Assembly (NCBI GenBank): GCA_044222245.1
Contig: JBGANQ010000002.1
Location: 103,667 to 167,666, forward strand
DNA: 64,000 nucleotides
Reading direction: 5' to 3'
Origin: Polyangia bacterium
GTDB lineage: Bacteria; Myxococcota_A; Polyangia; Palsa-1104; JAEUJZ01
A program made the translations under genes and the position numbers. A model generated the notes under the pieces. It did not search any database. It was not told where the DNA came from and saw nothing but the letters and a program-made list of their open reading frames with translations. Positions 54,256-64,000 of the stretch are shown in pieces (positions within the stretch are counted from its first letter, which is position 1; every line of letters starts with the position of its first letter).

Positions 54256-54515
54256 CAGAGCAGTCTACCCGAGGGCCCGCCTGCCTGCACCTCGCCGTCG
54301 CCGAGCTGCCCTGGCGGCCGCCGGCGCTTGCCCGCCGCGCCGCCTGCACGGTCGGCTGAGCCATCCGCATTCAGTCCCGGCCGCGCGCCCGCCCGCAGTG
54401 TAGCGCCGGTCGGCGGGCCGCCTTCCCTCAAGCCGAGCAAGGTCGCCCGGCAGCTTGCCCGTCGCGGCGGCGCGCGCGGGGAAGGCTTGCGGAGCCGGTC
54501 GCGCGCCCCCGCCGG

Positions 54516-55133
54516 CTACAGATACTTTTCGATCTGGCCCAGGATCTCCAGCCGATCCACCAGGTCGGTGAGGTAGTCGAGCTTGTCGCTGGCCAGGGTG
54601 ATCACCGGCGAGAGGTCGTAGCGCGCAAACCAGTCCTCATAGAGCTTGTTGAGCCGCTGCAGGTAGGCGATGGGCAGGTCCTTCTCCATCGCTCGACCAC
54701 GCCGGGCGATGCGCTGGCGCAGGGTCCGCACCGGGGCGCGCAGGTAAATCATCAAGTCGGGCGGCGCCAGCGAGCCCGAAGCCACGGTGTACAGCTCGTG
54801 ATAGGTCTGCCAGTCGCGGCGATCGATGGCGCGCTGCTTGTAAAGGTTGCGCGCGAAGATCTCCGCGTCCTCGTAGATCGTCCGGTCCTGGACCACGGTG
54901 CCAGGCTCGCGCTCCAGCTCGCGGTGCAGGCGGAACTTGTGGGCGAGAAAGTAGATCTGAGACTTGAAGGCGTAGCCCTTCATGTCGCGGTAGAAGTCCG
55001 CGAGGTAGGGGTTTTGGTCATTGGGCTCGAGGAACGGCTTGAACCCGTACCACTTGCAGAGAAAGCCGACGAGCTCAGTCTTGCCAGCGCCGATGTTGCC
55101 GGCGACCGCGATGAAGCGCTTCTTGCTGGACAT
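54516..55133 (-). CDS. Deoxynucleoside kinase family protein
   Basis: P-loop AVAGNIGAGKT, then EPNDQNPYLADFY, FKSQIYFLAHKF and QDRTIYEDAEIFA. Confidence 0.85.
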   Translation of the reverse strand: MSSKKRFIAVAGNIGAGKTELVGFLCKWYGFKPFLEPNDQNPYLADFYRDMKGYAFKSQIYFLAHKFRLHRELEREPGTVVQDRTIYEDAEIFARNLYKQRAIDRRDWQTYHELYTVASGSLAPPDLMIYLRAPVRTLRQRIARRGRAMEKDLPIAYLQRLNKLYEDWFARYDLSPVITLASDKLDYLTDLVDRLEILGQIEKYL

Positions 55134-55168
55134 GAAATCGCCCTACGCTACGCCGCGGGGCGCAAAGT

Positions 55169-56482
55169 TTACAGAAATTCTGCACCGACCACCTGGGGCG
55201 CCGTCGCGCGGCCGCCCCGGCCCATGGGCTGCAGCCGGCCGTAGGTCAGCGACCGCCACAGCCACTCCAGCGGGCCAAAGCGGAAGCGCGTCAGCCAGGC
55301 GCGCGCGAACAGGATCTGGAAAAGGAACACGGCCAGCGTAATCGGCACAAGGTGGCTGGCCCGCACCCGACCGATGAGTCCCAGACCCCAGCCATAAAAA
55401 AGGAAGGTGCACAGGAGGCTCTGCATCAGATAGGTCGTCAGCGCCATCTGACCCACCGGCGCGAGCAGCAGAAGGACCCGCCGCCAGGCGGCGCGCTGCA
55501 GCAGCAGGACCACCGCCGCGGCGTACCCGCAGGCAAGGAGCATCGTCCCGAGCTCGGCGAGAACCGACAGCAAGCTCCCGACCGCCTCCGGCAGCACGAT
55601 CTTGCGCAGGCCGAGGAAGTAGCGCACGGCAGAGAGCGAGGAGCCGGCGAACCCGAGCCCCAGACCCCAGGCCGCGAGCTTGCGGAAAAGCGGCAGGCTG
55701 TCGGGGAGGCGCTGGAAGAGCCGCTGCGTCCCCGCCCAGTAGCCGATCAGGAAGTGACCCCAAAGGCCCGGAATGTACGGCACCCAGAACCTTCCCACAT
55801 GATAGTAGACCTGCTGCAGGTGCAGCTGGGTCAGCAGGCGCCGATCGTGGCCGGTCATGGCGGCGAGCAGCTGCGCGCGGTAGGCGTCGAAGTCGGCTGG
55901 CTTGGCCAGGATCGGCTCGATGGCCTTGGCGACTCTGGGCAGCGAGAAGACGAGCTGCGGGATAAGGGCCAGCGCGAACGCCCACAGAAGGACGCGGCTG
56001 CCGCGCTGGCGCCGAAACAACAGCAGGCCCACGCCGGCGAGCGCGTAGCTCCACAGGATGTCCCCCCACCACAGCAGCAGCACATGGCCGATGCCGATAA
56101 GCGCCAGCGCCGCCATCCGGCGCAGGTGCGTCCCGACCGCGCTGCGTCCTCCCGCTTCGGCGCGCTGGAGCTGCAGCGCGAACCCCAGACCGAACAGGAA
56201 GGTGAGCAGCGCCATTGCCTTGCCGTTGACAAACACGCCGAGCAGGACCAGGAACACGCGGTCGAGCACCCGGGTCTGCGCCATCAGCGTGGCGCGCGGC
56301 ATGAACGCGCGGCCGCTGAACCAGGGCACGGTGTTGGCAAGCAGCACCCCATAGAGCGCGCAGCCGCGCAGCACGTCCAGGACCGCGAGGCGCTCGCCCG
56401 CTGCCGTGGGCGCCGCCGGTGCCGCGGCCAGGGCCGCTGGGTCTGGGTCGCCGTCTGCCGCGCGCTGGATTGCCAGGTCCAT
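55169..56482 (-). CDS. DUF418 (YeiB-like) polytopic membrane protein
   Basis: RLAVLDVLRGCALYGVLLANTV.. and about 10 hydrophobic segments. C-terminus reads ..RFGPLEWLWRSLTYG. Confidence 0.75.
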   Translation of the reverse strand: MDLAIQRAADGDPDPAALAAAPAAPTAAGERLAVLDVLRGCALYGVLLANTVPWFSGRAFMPRATLMAQTRVLDRVFLVLLGVFVNGKAMALLTFLFGLGFALQLQRAEAGGRSAVGTHLRRMAALALIGIGHVLLLWWGDILWSYALAGVGLLLFRRQRGSRVLLWAFALALIPQLVFSLPRVAKAIEPILAKPADFDAYRAQLLAAMTGHDRRLLTQLHLQQVYYHVGRFWVPYIPGLWGHFLIGYWAGTQRLFQRLPDSLPLFRKLAAWGLGLGFAGSSLSAVRYFLGLRKIVLPEAVGSLLSVLAELGTMLLACGYAAAVVLLLQRAAWRRVLLLLAPVGQMALTTYLMQSLLCTFLFYGWGLGLIGRVRASHLVPITLAVFLFQILFARAWLTRFRFGPLEWLWRSLTYGRLQPMGRGGRATAPQVVGAEFL

Positions 56483-56599
56483 GCACGGGAGTATACCTGC
56501 CCGCGCCGCCGCAGCCAGGCGCCGCTCGCCAGCCTTCCGCAGGCGCGGCCGCGGCAGCGCGGAAGGTCTGCGCCGGCGCCGCCCTCGCGGCGGACCGTG

Positions 56600-56608
56600 A
56601 GCCGAGTA
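56600..56608 (+). repeat. Core copy 2, AGCCGAGTA, inside GGACC-N13-GGTCA
   Basis: GGACC 56592-56596 and GGTCA 56610-56614. It lies in the intergenic region between the DUF418 and oxidoreductase genes. Confidence 0.85.
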
Positions 56609-56821
56609 AGGTCACCCGTGACGGCGACCCCCCGCAGCATTCCGCCTCCGCGCGTCCGGCTCGGCCCTCTGCGGGCCTTAAGCCGGAACGATGGTCAGTG
56701 CCGGCTGCGTCCGCGGTCGACCGCACCTGCCGGGCCGCGGCCCGCGCGTCTCGGGGTCGGGGTCGCGGGCGGGCGCGGCAAAAGGGTTGTACGCCGCCGC
56801 CGTCCTGGCCACAATCATCGC

Positions 56822-59092
<2,271 letters not shown>

Positions 59093-59254
59093 TCCGCCTT
59101 CCCCGCGTCTCCTGCCCACCCTCCTTCGCGCCGCCGCGCTGGCCTCGGCCTGCCCCGCCGCCGGCGCAGCGGCAGGAGCCGGAGCCCTCCCGCCGCCCTT
59201 CCCTCGGCCGCGCGGAGGCCCGGCCAGCGCCGGGGGGCCGCGCCTTGGACCTTG

Positions 59255-59263
59255 AGCCGAGTG
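59255..59263 (+). repeat. Core copy 3, AGCCGAGTG, preceded by GGACC-N3 and followed by ACATC
   Basis: GGACC 59247-59251. AGCCGAGTGACATC matches the right junction AGCCGAGTAACATC at 13 of 14 positions. Confidence 0.85.
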
Positions 59264-59369
59264 ACATCGCGCCGCATCCAGCTCGTCGGTGAGGCGCAGG
59301 TGGGGATGGGAGCGGACAGCTTGCGGACAGGCTCCCGCGGGAGCTGCAGTCCTGCGCGCGGTCAGCAGC

Positions 59370-61142
59370 TCAGCGGCGCTGGATCATCTGCTCGAGGTTG
59401 TACATCTGCCGGGCCTTGGGCGGCGCGGCGGCGGCGGGGCTTGGCGAAGGGGGTGACTTGGAGAGGTCGGCGGCGCTCGGGTCGGCGTCGAAGTTGTACT
59501 GCGAGCGCTCCCGCTCCCGCTGCCGCTCGTTTTCGACCTGCTGCTGCTCGAAGCGATCCCACATCGCCCGCGGCAGCGTCAGCGCGTAGGCGAAGTCGAA
59601 GTGCTCCCGCTTGCTCGGCGCCACATCGAACCGCCAGGTCAGCAGGCCGTTGGCGTCCTTGTAATCGGCCATCCGCGAGGCGCCCATGAACTTGGTCTCG
59701 ATGCTCGGATCCGCCGAGACCGGGAACTGGTCTTGGATCAACAGCTGCCGGCTCTTGCCGGAGTAGTTGGCGATCTCGATCTGCCACTGGTTGGTGATGG
59801 TGACCTTCTTGGCGAACACGCCCGACCCCTCGACATCCCCCTTGAGCAGGGTGCGCTTGACCTGCAGCCGCTGATCGGGACCCAGGTAGATGTCAAAGTC
59901 CTCGCCCGCCGCCGCCAGGTGGCTGAACGCCGAGGTCCCGACGAAGTTACCGTCGAGAAACACCGAGACCTTGCCCAGCAGCAGGGGGATCCCTGTGCCA
60001 TTATTCAGCCGCGCGCGCAGGAACACCTGGGCCGTCAGCGAGGGAATCGCGACGTGCAGCAGGTTGGCCGCCAGCTTGCTTGTCTTCAGCGTGACCTGAT
60101 GATCCGCGTTATCACTGGCGATCGTCTCGCGCCCGGGGAGCTGCACGGTCAAGGTCGTCGAGGCGAGCGCCGCCCCGGCTGCGGACTCCGCCGGAGCATT
60201 GTCCTCGGCGCGACTGTCGGCGCCTCCCGCGCGCCGCGCGCTCCCGCCGGGCGGGGTGAGCGAGCCTGCCGTCACCCGCCACGCTTGCAGCATGCCGGGC
60301 GCGGTGCCGACGGCGGGGCGCGCGGTGGACAGGGTCATGCTGACGTCTTCCCAGGCCTCGCCCGTGGTCTGCCGGATGTTGGCGTTGGAGACAAGGTAGT
60401 ACGTCCCCCCTTCCGCCGAGCCGCGCAGGTCGTACAGCGGCGTCCACGAGACGTTGGTGACGGTGTACTCCAGGGACACCTCGCCTTCGACCCCGGGCTT
60501 GCCGTGATAGGTCACATCGACCTCAAAGGCCGAGCGGCGGCGCGCCGTCATCGCCTCGCTCAGCTTGCGGGCCGCCTCGTCGCGCTCGCGCTGCAGGTTC
60601 TGGACGAGCAGGTTGGCGGCGCGGATCTTGACCTGGTAGCCGCCGCGCCGCTCTTCCATGAACTCGACGGCCGCCTTCCAGCCGTCCGTCTTGATCGTGC
60701 CGAGCCGCAGCTCGTGATCGCTCTGCGCCGTAGTCAGGGCTGCGAGGTTGCCAAGCAGGCGGAGCTGCTCGGTAAAGTTGGCGAGCCGGTCGCGCTCGGC
60801 GTTGAGCTTTTGCTCCAGCTGGTCGACGGCCAGCTTGAGCGGGTCGGTCAGCCACTCGCGCTCCGAGGCGGGCTCGGTCGGGCGCACCGAGACGCCGGTG
60901 ATGGTCACCCCCTTGCCCGCCGCGCGCACCGAGTCGCGCACCAGCGCCACGGGCAGGCTGTGAAAGCGCACGGCGCCGCTTCCCTTATCGGCCGGCAGCG
61001 CCTGCACGCGACGCACCACGGCGCGATCGGAGAACACGAGCACCGAGTCGATCTTGCCGGTAACCGGCAGCACGGGCGTCTCCGCCCGGGCCGACTGGGT
61101 AAAAAGAACGAGCAGCGTCGTGAGCAAGCACTTCCGGATCAT
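59370..61142 (-). CDS. DUF4139 (mucoidy-inhibitor MuiA-like) secreted protein
   Basis: ATG 61142 with AGGAG 7 nt upstream and signal peptide MIRKCLLTTLLVLFTQSARA. VLVFSDRAVVRR..AVRFHSLP..WTPLYDLR..VFLDGNFVG. Confidence 0.75.
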   Translation of the reverse strand: MIRKCLLTTLLVLFTQSARAETPVLPVTGKIDSVLVFSDRAVVRRVQALPADKGSGAVRFHSLPVALVRDSVRAAGKGVTITGVSVRPTEPASEREWLTDPLKLAVDQLEQKLNAERDRLANFTEQLRLLGNLAALTTAQSDHELRLGTIKTDGWKAAVEFMEERRGGYQVKIRAANLLVQNLQRERDEAARKLSEAMTARRRSAFEVDVTYHGKPGVEGEVSLEYTVTNVSWTPLYDLRGSAEGGTYYLVSNANIRQTTGEAWEDVSMTLSTARPAVGTAPGMLQAWRVTAGSLTPPGGSARRAGGADSRAEDNAPAESAAGAALASTTLTVQLPGRETIASDNADHQVTLKTSKLAANLLHVAIPSLTAQVFLRARLNNGTGIPLLLGKVSVFLDGNFVGTSAFSHLAAAGEDFDIYLGPDQRLQVKRTLLKGDVEGSGVFAKKVTITNQWQIEIANYSGKSRQLLIQDQFPVSADPSIETKFMGASRMADYKDANGLLTWRFDVAPSKREHFDFAYALTLPRAMWDRFEQQQVENERQRERERSQYNFDADPSAADLSKSPPSPSPAAAAPPKARQMYNLEQMIQRR

Positions 61143-61364
61143 CACCAGGCTCCTGTGCAAAGGCCAAGTTCGCGCGCGATGCGGTGCTGGGGATGAACGT
61201 GTGAGCCCCTGCAAGGATCTATCGACGCTAGCCGGGCGCCGCAGAGCCATTTGCGCCGGAGGTCCCGAGGCTCCCGGGAGGTGGGCGCTACCAAGATCTG
61301 TCCGCAGCCCCTCCCCACGCTGCGCGGACAGCTTCCCGAGGCATCTCACTTGGAGTCGACTATT

Positions 61365-61373
61365 AGCCGAGTA
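61365..61373 (+). repeat. Core copy 4 (right junction), AGCCGAGTA
   Basis: Followed by ACATCATGCTGGTC, which is the continuation of the kinase reading frame. Confidence 0.9.
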
Positions 61374-62467
61374 ACATCATGCTGGTCGCCGACTCGGCCA
61401 TGCCCTCGGGGGAGCGGGTGAAGCTGCTCGACTTCGGGGTCGCCAAGCTCGCCATCGCCCTGCACGCGGCGGACAGCCAGGTGCGCACGCACGCCGGGCA
61501 GACCCTGGGCACCCCCCAGTACATGTCGCCCGAGCAGTGCCGCGATGTCAGTCAGGTCGATGGGATGACCGACGTGTACGCCCTGGGCGTCATCCTTTAC
61601 CAGATGCTTTCGGGGCAGGTGCCGTTTATAAGCTCGGGCGAGTTTGCCATCGCCGCCATGCACCTTTACGAGCCACCGCCGCCGCTGCAGTCCCGGGCGC
61701 CGCAGGTGACCGAGCTCACCGCGGAGCTTGTCCACCGCATGCTCGCCAAGAACAAGGAAGAGCGCCCGACCATGGCGCAGGTGCTGACGGTGCTGCAGAC
61801 CATGGGCATCAACGTCACCGCCAGCACCCAGAAGGCCTCGGCGATCTCGCTTGGCGGGCAGTCGGGGTCGATCTCGATGGCCGACATCCAGGCGGCCGAG
61901 CGCCTGGGCACGCTCGGTGAGCTGAGCGGAACCAGCGGTCGCAGCATCCCGGCGGCGCTGCTGAGCGCGGCGATCCCGGTGGTGCCGGCCAACAACCCAA
62001 CGACGCTCGGCACCAGCACCGGGCAGCTGACCCACCGCTCCAGCCGCCTGTTCTGGGGGGTGACCGCCGCCGCGGGGGCGAGCGTGCTGGCCGTGACGCT
62101 GCTCGCCAGCGGCCTGCTTAGCGACAACAAGACCGCGACCACCGCGCCGGTGCGCTGGCAGGTGAGCACGCGGCCGCCGGGGGCGACGGTGCTGCGCTCG
62201 GACAACGGCACCATCCTCGGCAAGACGCCGTGGCACTACGAGCAGCCGGCGAGCGCTGGCAAGCTGCAGGTCAGCATCCAGTACACCGGCTACCAGACCA
62301 ACACCCTGACCCTGGACAGCGGCCGCGACGAGACCCTGGAGCTGACCCTGGTGCCGATCCCGGCGCCCAAGGTCGAGCCGCCGCCGCCGCCGCCGCCCAA
62401 GCACAAGAGCCGCTCCCACAAGGCCAAGCCCGACGAAGAGGGCGATCCCAAAGAAGAGCTGCCCTAG
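61374..62467 (+). pseudogene. 3' fragment of the interrupted Ser/Thr kinase gene (subdomain VIb Asn to XI, plus a TM segment and C-terminal domain)
   Basis: (N)IMLVADSAMPSGERVKLLDFGVAK..GTPQYMSPEQ..DVYALGVILYQML..RPTMAQV. An in-frame TAG at 61364-61366 immediately precedes CCG AGT AAC. Confidence 0.85.
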
Positions 62468-62476
62468 CCGCGCCGG

Positions 62477-63625
62477 CTACAGCAAAGGGGCGACGCGCTG
62501 CGCCACCTCGTCGTGGAACCACTTGACCGCGGCCTCGATCTGACCGATGCGAAAGTGGCTGTCGGCGCCTGCCCGCAGGCCGGCCTGGATCGACTCGGCG
62601 ATCGCCAGATCCTCGCGCTGAAACACCGAGCCTTCGATGAGCTGGAAGGTCTTGTCCCAGTAGCGGCGCTGCTCCTCGGTCTCGGGCGGCCGCGGGATGA
62701 GCATCCGGTGGTGGTAAAGCAGGTGCTCGGGGCCGTCGGGGAAGATGGTGAGCAGGGTCACCCAGTCGGGATGGAACACGAGGATGGTATTGGGAAACAG
62801 CAGATAAAACGGCGTCGTCATCGCCCGCAGATCCCAGCGCTCCGGCGGCAGCTCGCGCGCCTGGAGGAGCGTCTTGCGCGCCCCGATCGAGCGGCTGTGC
62901 GGCGGCAGCGACCGCACAAGGACATTGTCGAGAAAGAACCGCGAGATGGTCTCGCGGTGCAGCGAGCGGACGTGGTAGCCCTCCAGGAAGGCATCGATGA
63001 GCAGCTTCCAGTTGGCCGGCCGGCGACCGGTCGCCTCGTGATGGACGACATGGGTGCCAAGGCCCAGCCCCGTGAGCTCGGCGGCGAGCGGACCGAGATA
63101 GGAGTCGATCGGCAGCTTGGCGCCGCGCCCGCCCGGCTGGACAAAAAGGAGGCCGCAGCGCTCGGCCAGCGGCACCCGCACAAGCCCCGCGTCCTCGTCG
63201 CGCAGGCTGGGAAAGCAGTCGCGCCGCGGCACCCGCAAAAGGGCGCCGCCGAGCTCGTACGACCAGGCGTGGTAGCGGCAGACAAAGGCGCGCGCGTTGC
63301 CGCGTCGCTCGCTGACTAGCTGGGTCCCGCGGTGGCGGCAGACGTTGAGGAAGGCGCGCACCTCGCCGTCGGGCGAGCGGACCAGGAGCAGCGGGATCCC
63401 CGCCGCGTCATGGGTCAAAAAGTCGCCCGGCTCCTTGAGCTCGGAGGTGTGGCCGACGACCAGCGGCAGGCCTTGGAACAGCGCCCGCTGCTCGGCCTTA
63501 TAGAACTTCGGACAGGTGTACTGCTCGACGGGAATCAGCCAGTCTTGCGGCGCGGCGGCGGCGGGGCCCGGCTCGGCCATCGCCAGCAGTTCGGTCAGCA
63601 GCTCAAGCTCCAGCGCGCGCTCCAT
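62477..63625 (-). CDS. Rieske [2Fe-2S] aromatic-ring-hydroxylating oxygenase alpha-subunit-like protein
   Basis: Rieske motif CRHRG..(17 aa)..CRYHAW, with a catalytic domain downstream. ATG 63625 lies inside track ORF 62477..63739. Confidence 0.85.
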   Translation of the reverse strand: MERALELELLTELLAMAEPGPAAAAPQDWLIPVEQYTCPKFYKAEQRALFQGLPLVVGHTSELKEPGDFLTHDAAGIPLLLVRSPDGEVRAFLNVCRHRGTQLVSERRGNARAFVCRYHAWSYELGGALLRVPRRDCFPSLRDEDAGLVRVPLAERCGLLFVQPGGRGAKLPIDSYLGPLAAELTGLGLGTHVVHHEATGRRPANWKLLIDAFLEGYHVRSLHRETISRFFLDNVLVRSLPPHSRSIGARKTLLQARELPPERWDLRAMTTPFYLLFPNTILVFHPDWVTLLTIFPDGPEHLLYHHRMLIPRPPETEEQRRYWDKTFQLIEGSVFQREDLAIAESIQAGLRAGADSHFRIGQIEAAVKWFHDEVAQRVAPLL

Positions 63626-63786
63626 GCACCCACGGTAGCATAGACCGCGGCGGCGCCCTGGAAGGGGCAGCGCGCAGCGGAGGAGGGCCCCGCGGATCGC
63701 TCGCGTCGTGGAGGCTGGCGGCGGGACGCGGCGGTCCACGGGACCCTTCTTCGCTGCGCGCTGCCGGGGCGCGCGGGGTGACCGGC

Positions 63787-64000
63787 TAGCTCGGCTTTTC
63801 CACCATCGGCGGCTTCAGCGGACCGCGCGGCGCCAGGGTGGCGCTGCGAAACACGCGGTCCTCCTGGCTGCTCAGCGGGGCGACGCCGTAGGTCGGCGCG
63901 TGGCCGTCGGAGAGCGGCGGCGCCGCCATCATCGCCTCGGCCGGGCTCAGCTCCTTTTGGCCAAAGCCGGAGAAGGCGATGGTGCGGTGCGGGCGGACCA
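63787..64000 (-). CDS. 3' end of an unidentified gene that continues beyond the window
   Basis: Manual translation gives ..RPHRTIAFSGFGQKELSPAEAMMAAPPLSDGHAPTYGVAPLSSQEDRVFRSATLAPRGPLKPPMVEKPS-stop, with GC3-rich codons. I recognise no family. Confidence 0.3.

Noticed and set aside
55143-56821. 527-aa minus-strand ORF (55143..56726) and the 490-codon N-terminal extension of ORF 55352..59092
   Set aside because: Both overlap the DUF418 membrane-protein frame (55169..56482), which has the family motif and a coherent hydrophobic pattern. The oxidoreductase starts plausibly at ATG 56822, just before its CxxCxxxC cluster.
59240-59275. In-frame translation LDLEPSDIAP at core copy 3, which resembles the kinase motif DLKPSNI and could be a relic of a second kinase gene
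   Set aside because: No other kinase-like sequence flanks it. The same DNA core also recurs at 56600, where it does not translate to anything kinase-like. The similarity is better explained at the DNA level as a repeated site.
59601-61196. 531-aa plus-strand ORF
   Set aside because: It is antisense to the DUF4139 gene, which has a signal peptide, an RBS and family-typical motifs. The plus-strand translation is Arg/Gly/Leu-rich filler.

Overview
All calls come from reading the sequence and the ORF track by eye; no database search or computation was run. This is a high-GC (about 70% by eye) bacterial chromosome segment. The gene content suggests a myxobacterium-like organism (inference): four Hanks-type Ser/Thr kinases, an FHA protein, NtrC-like AAA+ regulators, a DUF1592/DUF1552 pair, selB and many lipoproteins. 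I support about 50 protein genes, including rplM-rpsI, rlmN, selB, a frameshifted lon and a frameshifted AAA-like ATPase gene. There are also tRNA-Val(TAC), tRNA-Asp(GTC), two clear intrinsic terminators and a few promoter-like sites. I saw no rRNA, CRISPR array, transposase or integrase.

Main hunt result: a Ser/Thr kinase gene starting at 52625 is cut exactly inside its HRDLKPSN catalytic loop by 8,337 bp and resumes at 61374.
- The break is bounded by a 9-bp direct repeat, AGCCGAGTA.
- Two further copies of the same core lie inside the insert. Their flanks are conserved (GGACC-N3-core-N1-GGTCC), and a GC hairpin sits at a conserved distance upstream with compensatory stem changes.
- These copies divide the insert into three cargo modules. 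None encodes a recombinase.
- This looks like serial site-specific accretion of non-autonomous cassettes.

Other leads:
- An EgtD-type methyltransferase operon (with a membrane hydrolase-like protein, an LTA-synthase-like enzyme and an ATP-grasp ligase) diverges from a betaine-type ABC importer. The shared control region carries an 11-bp tandem repeat.
- A second EgtD-like domain is fused to an XRE helix-turn-helix.
- Two tandem sigma54-activator-like proteins both lack GAFTGA and split the receiver and DNA-binding functions between them.
- A recurrent -10 motif, TGCTAGAnT, sits 6-8 nt upstream of start codons, suggesting leaderless transcripts.
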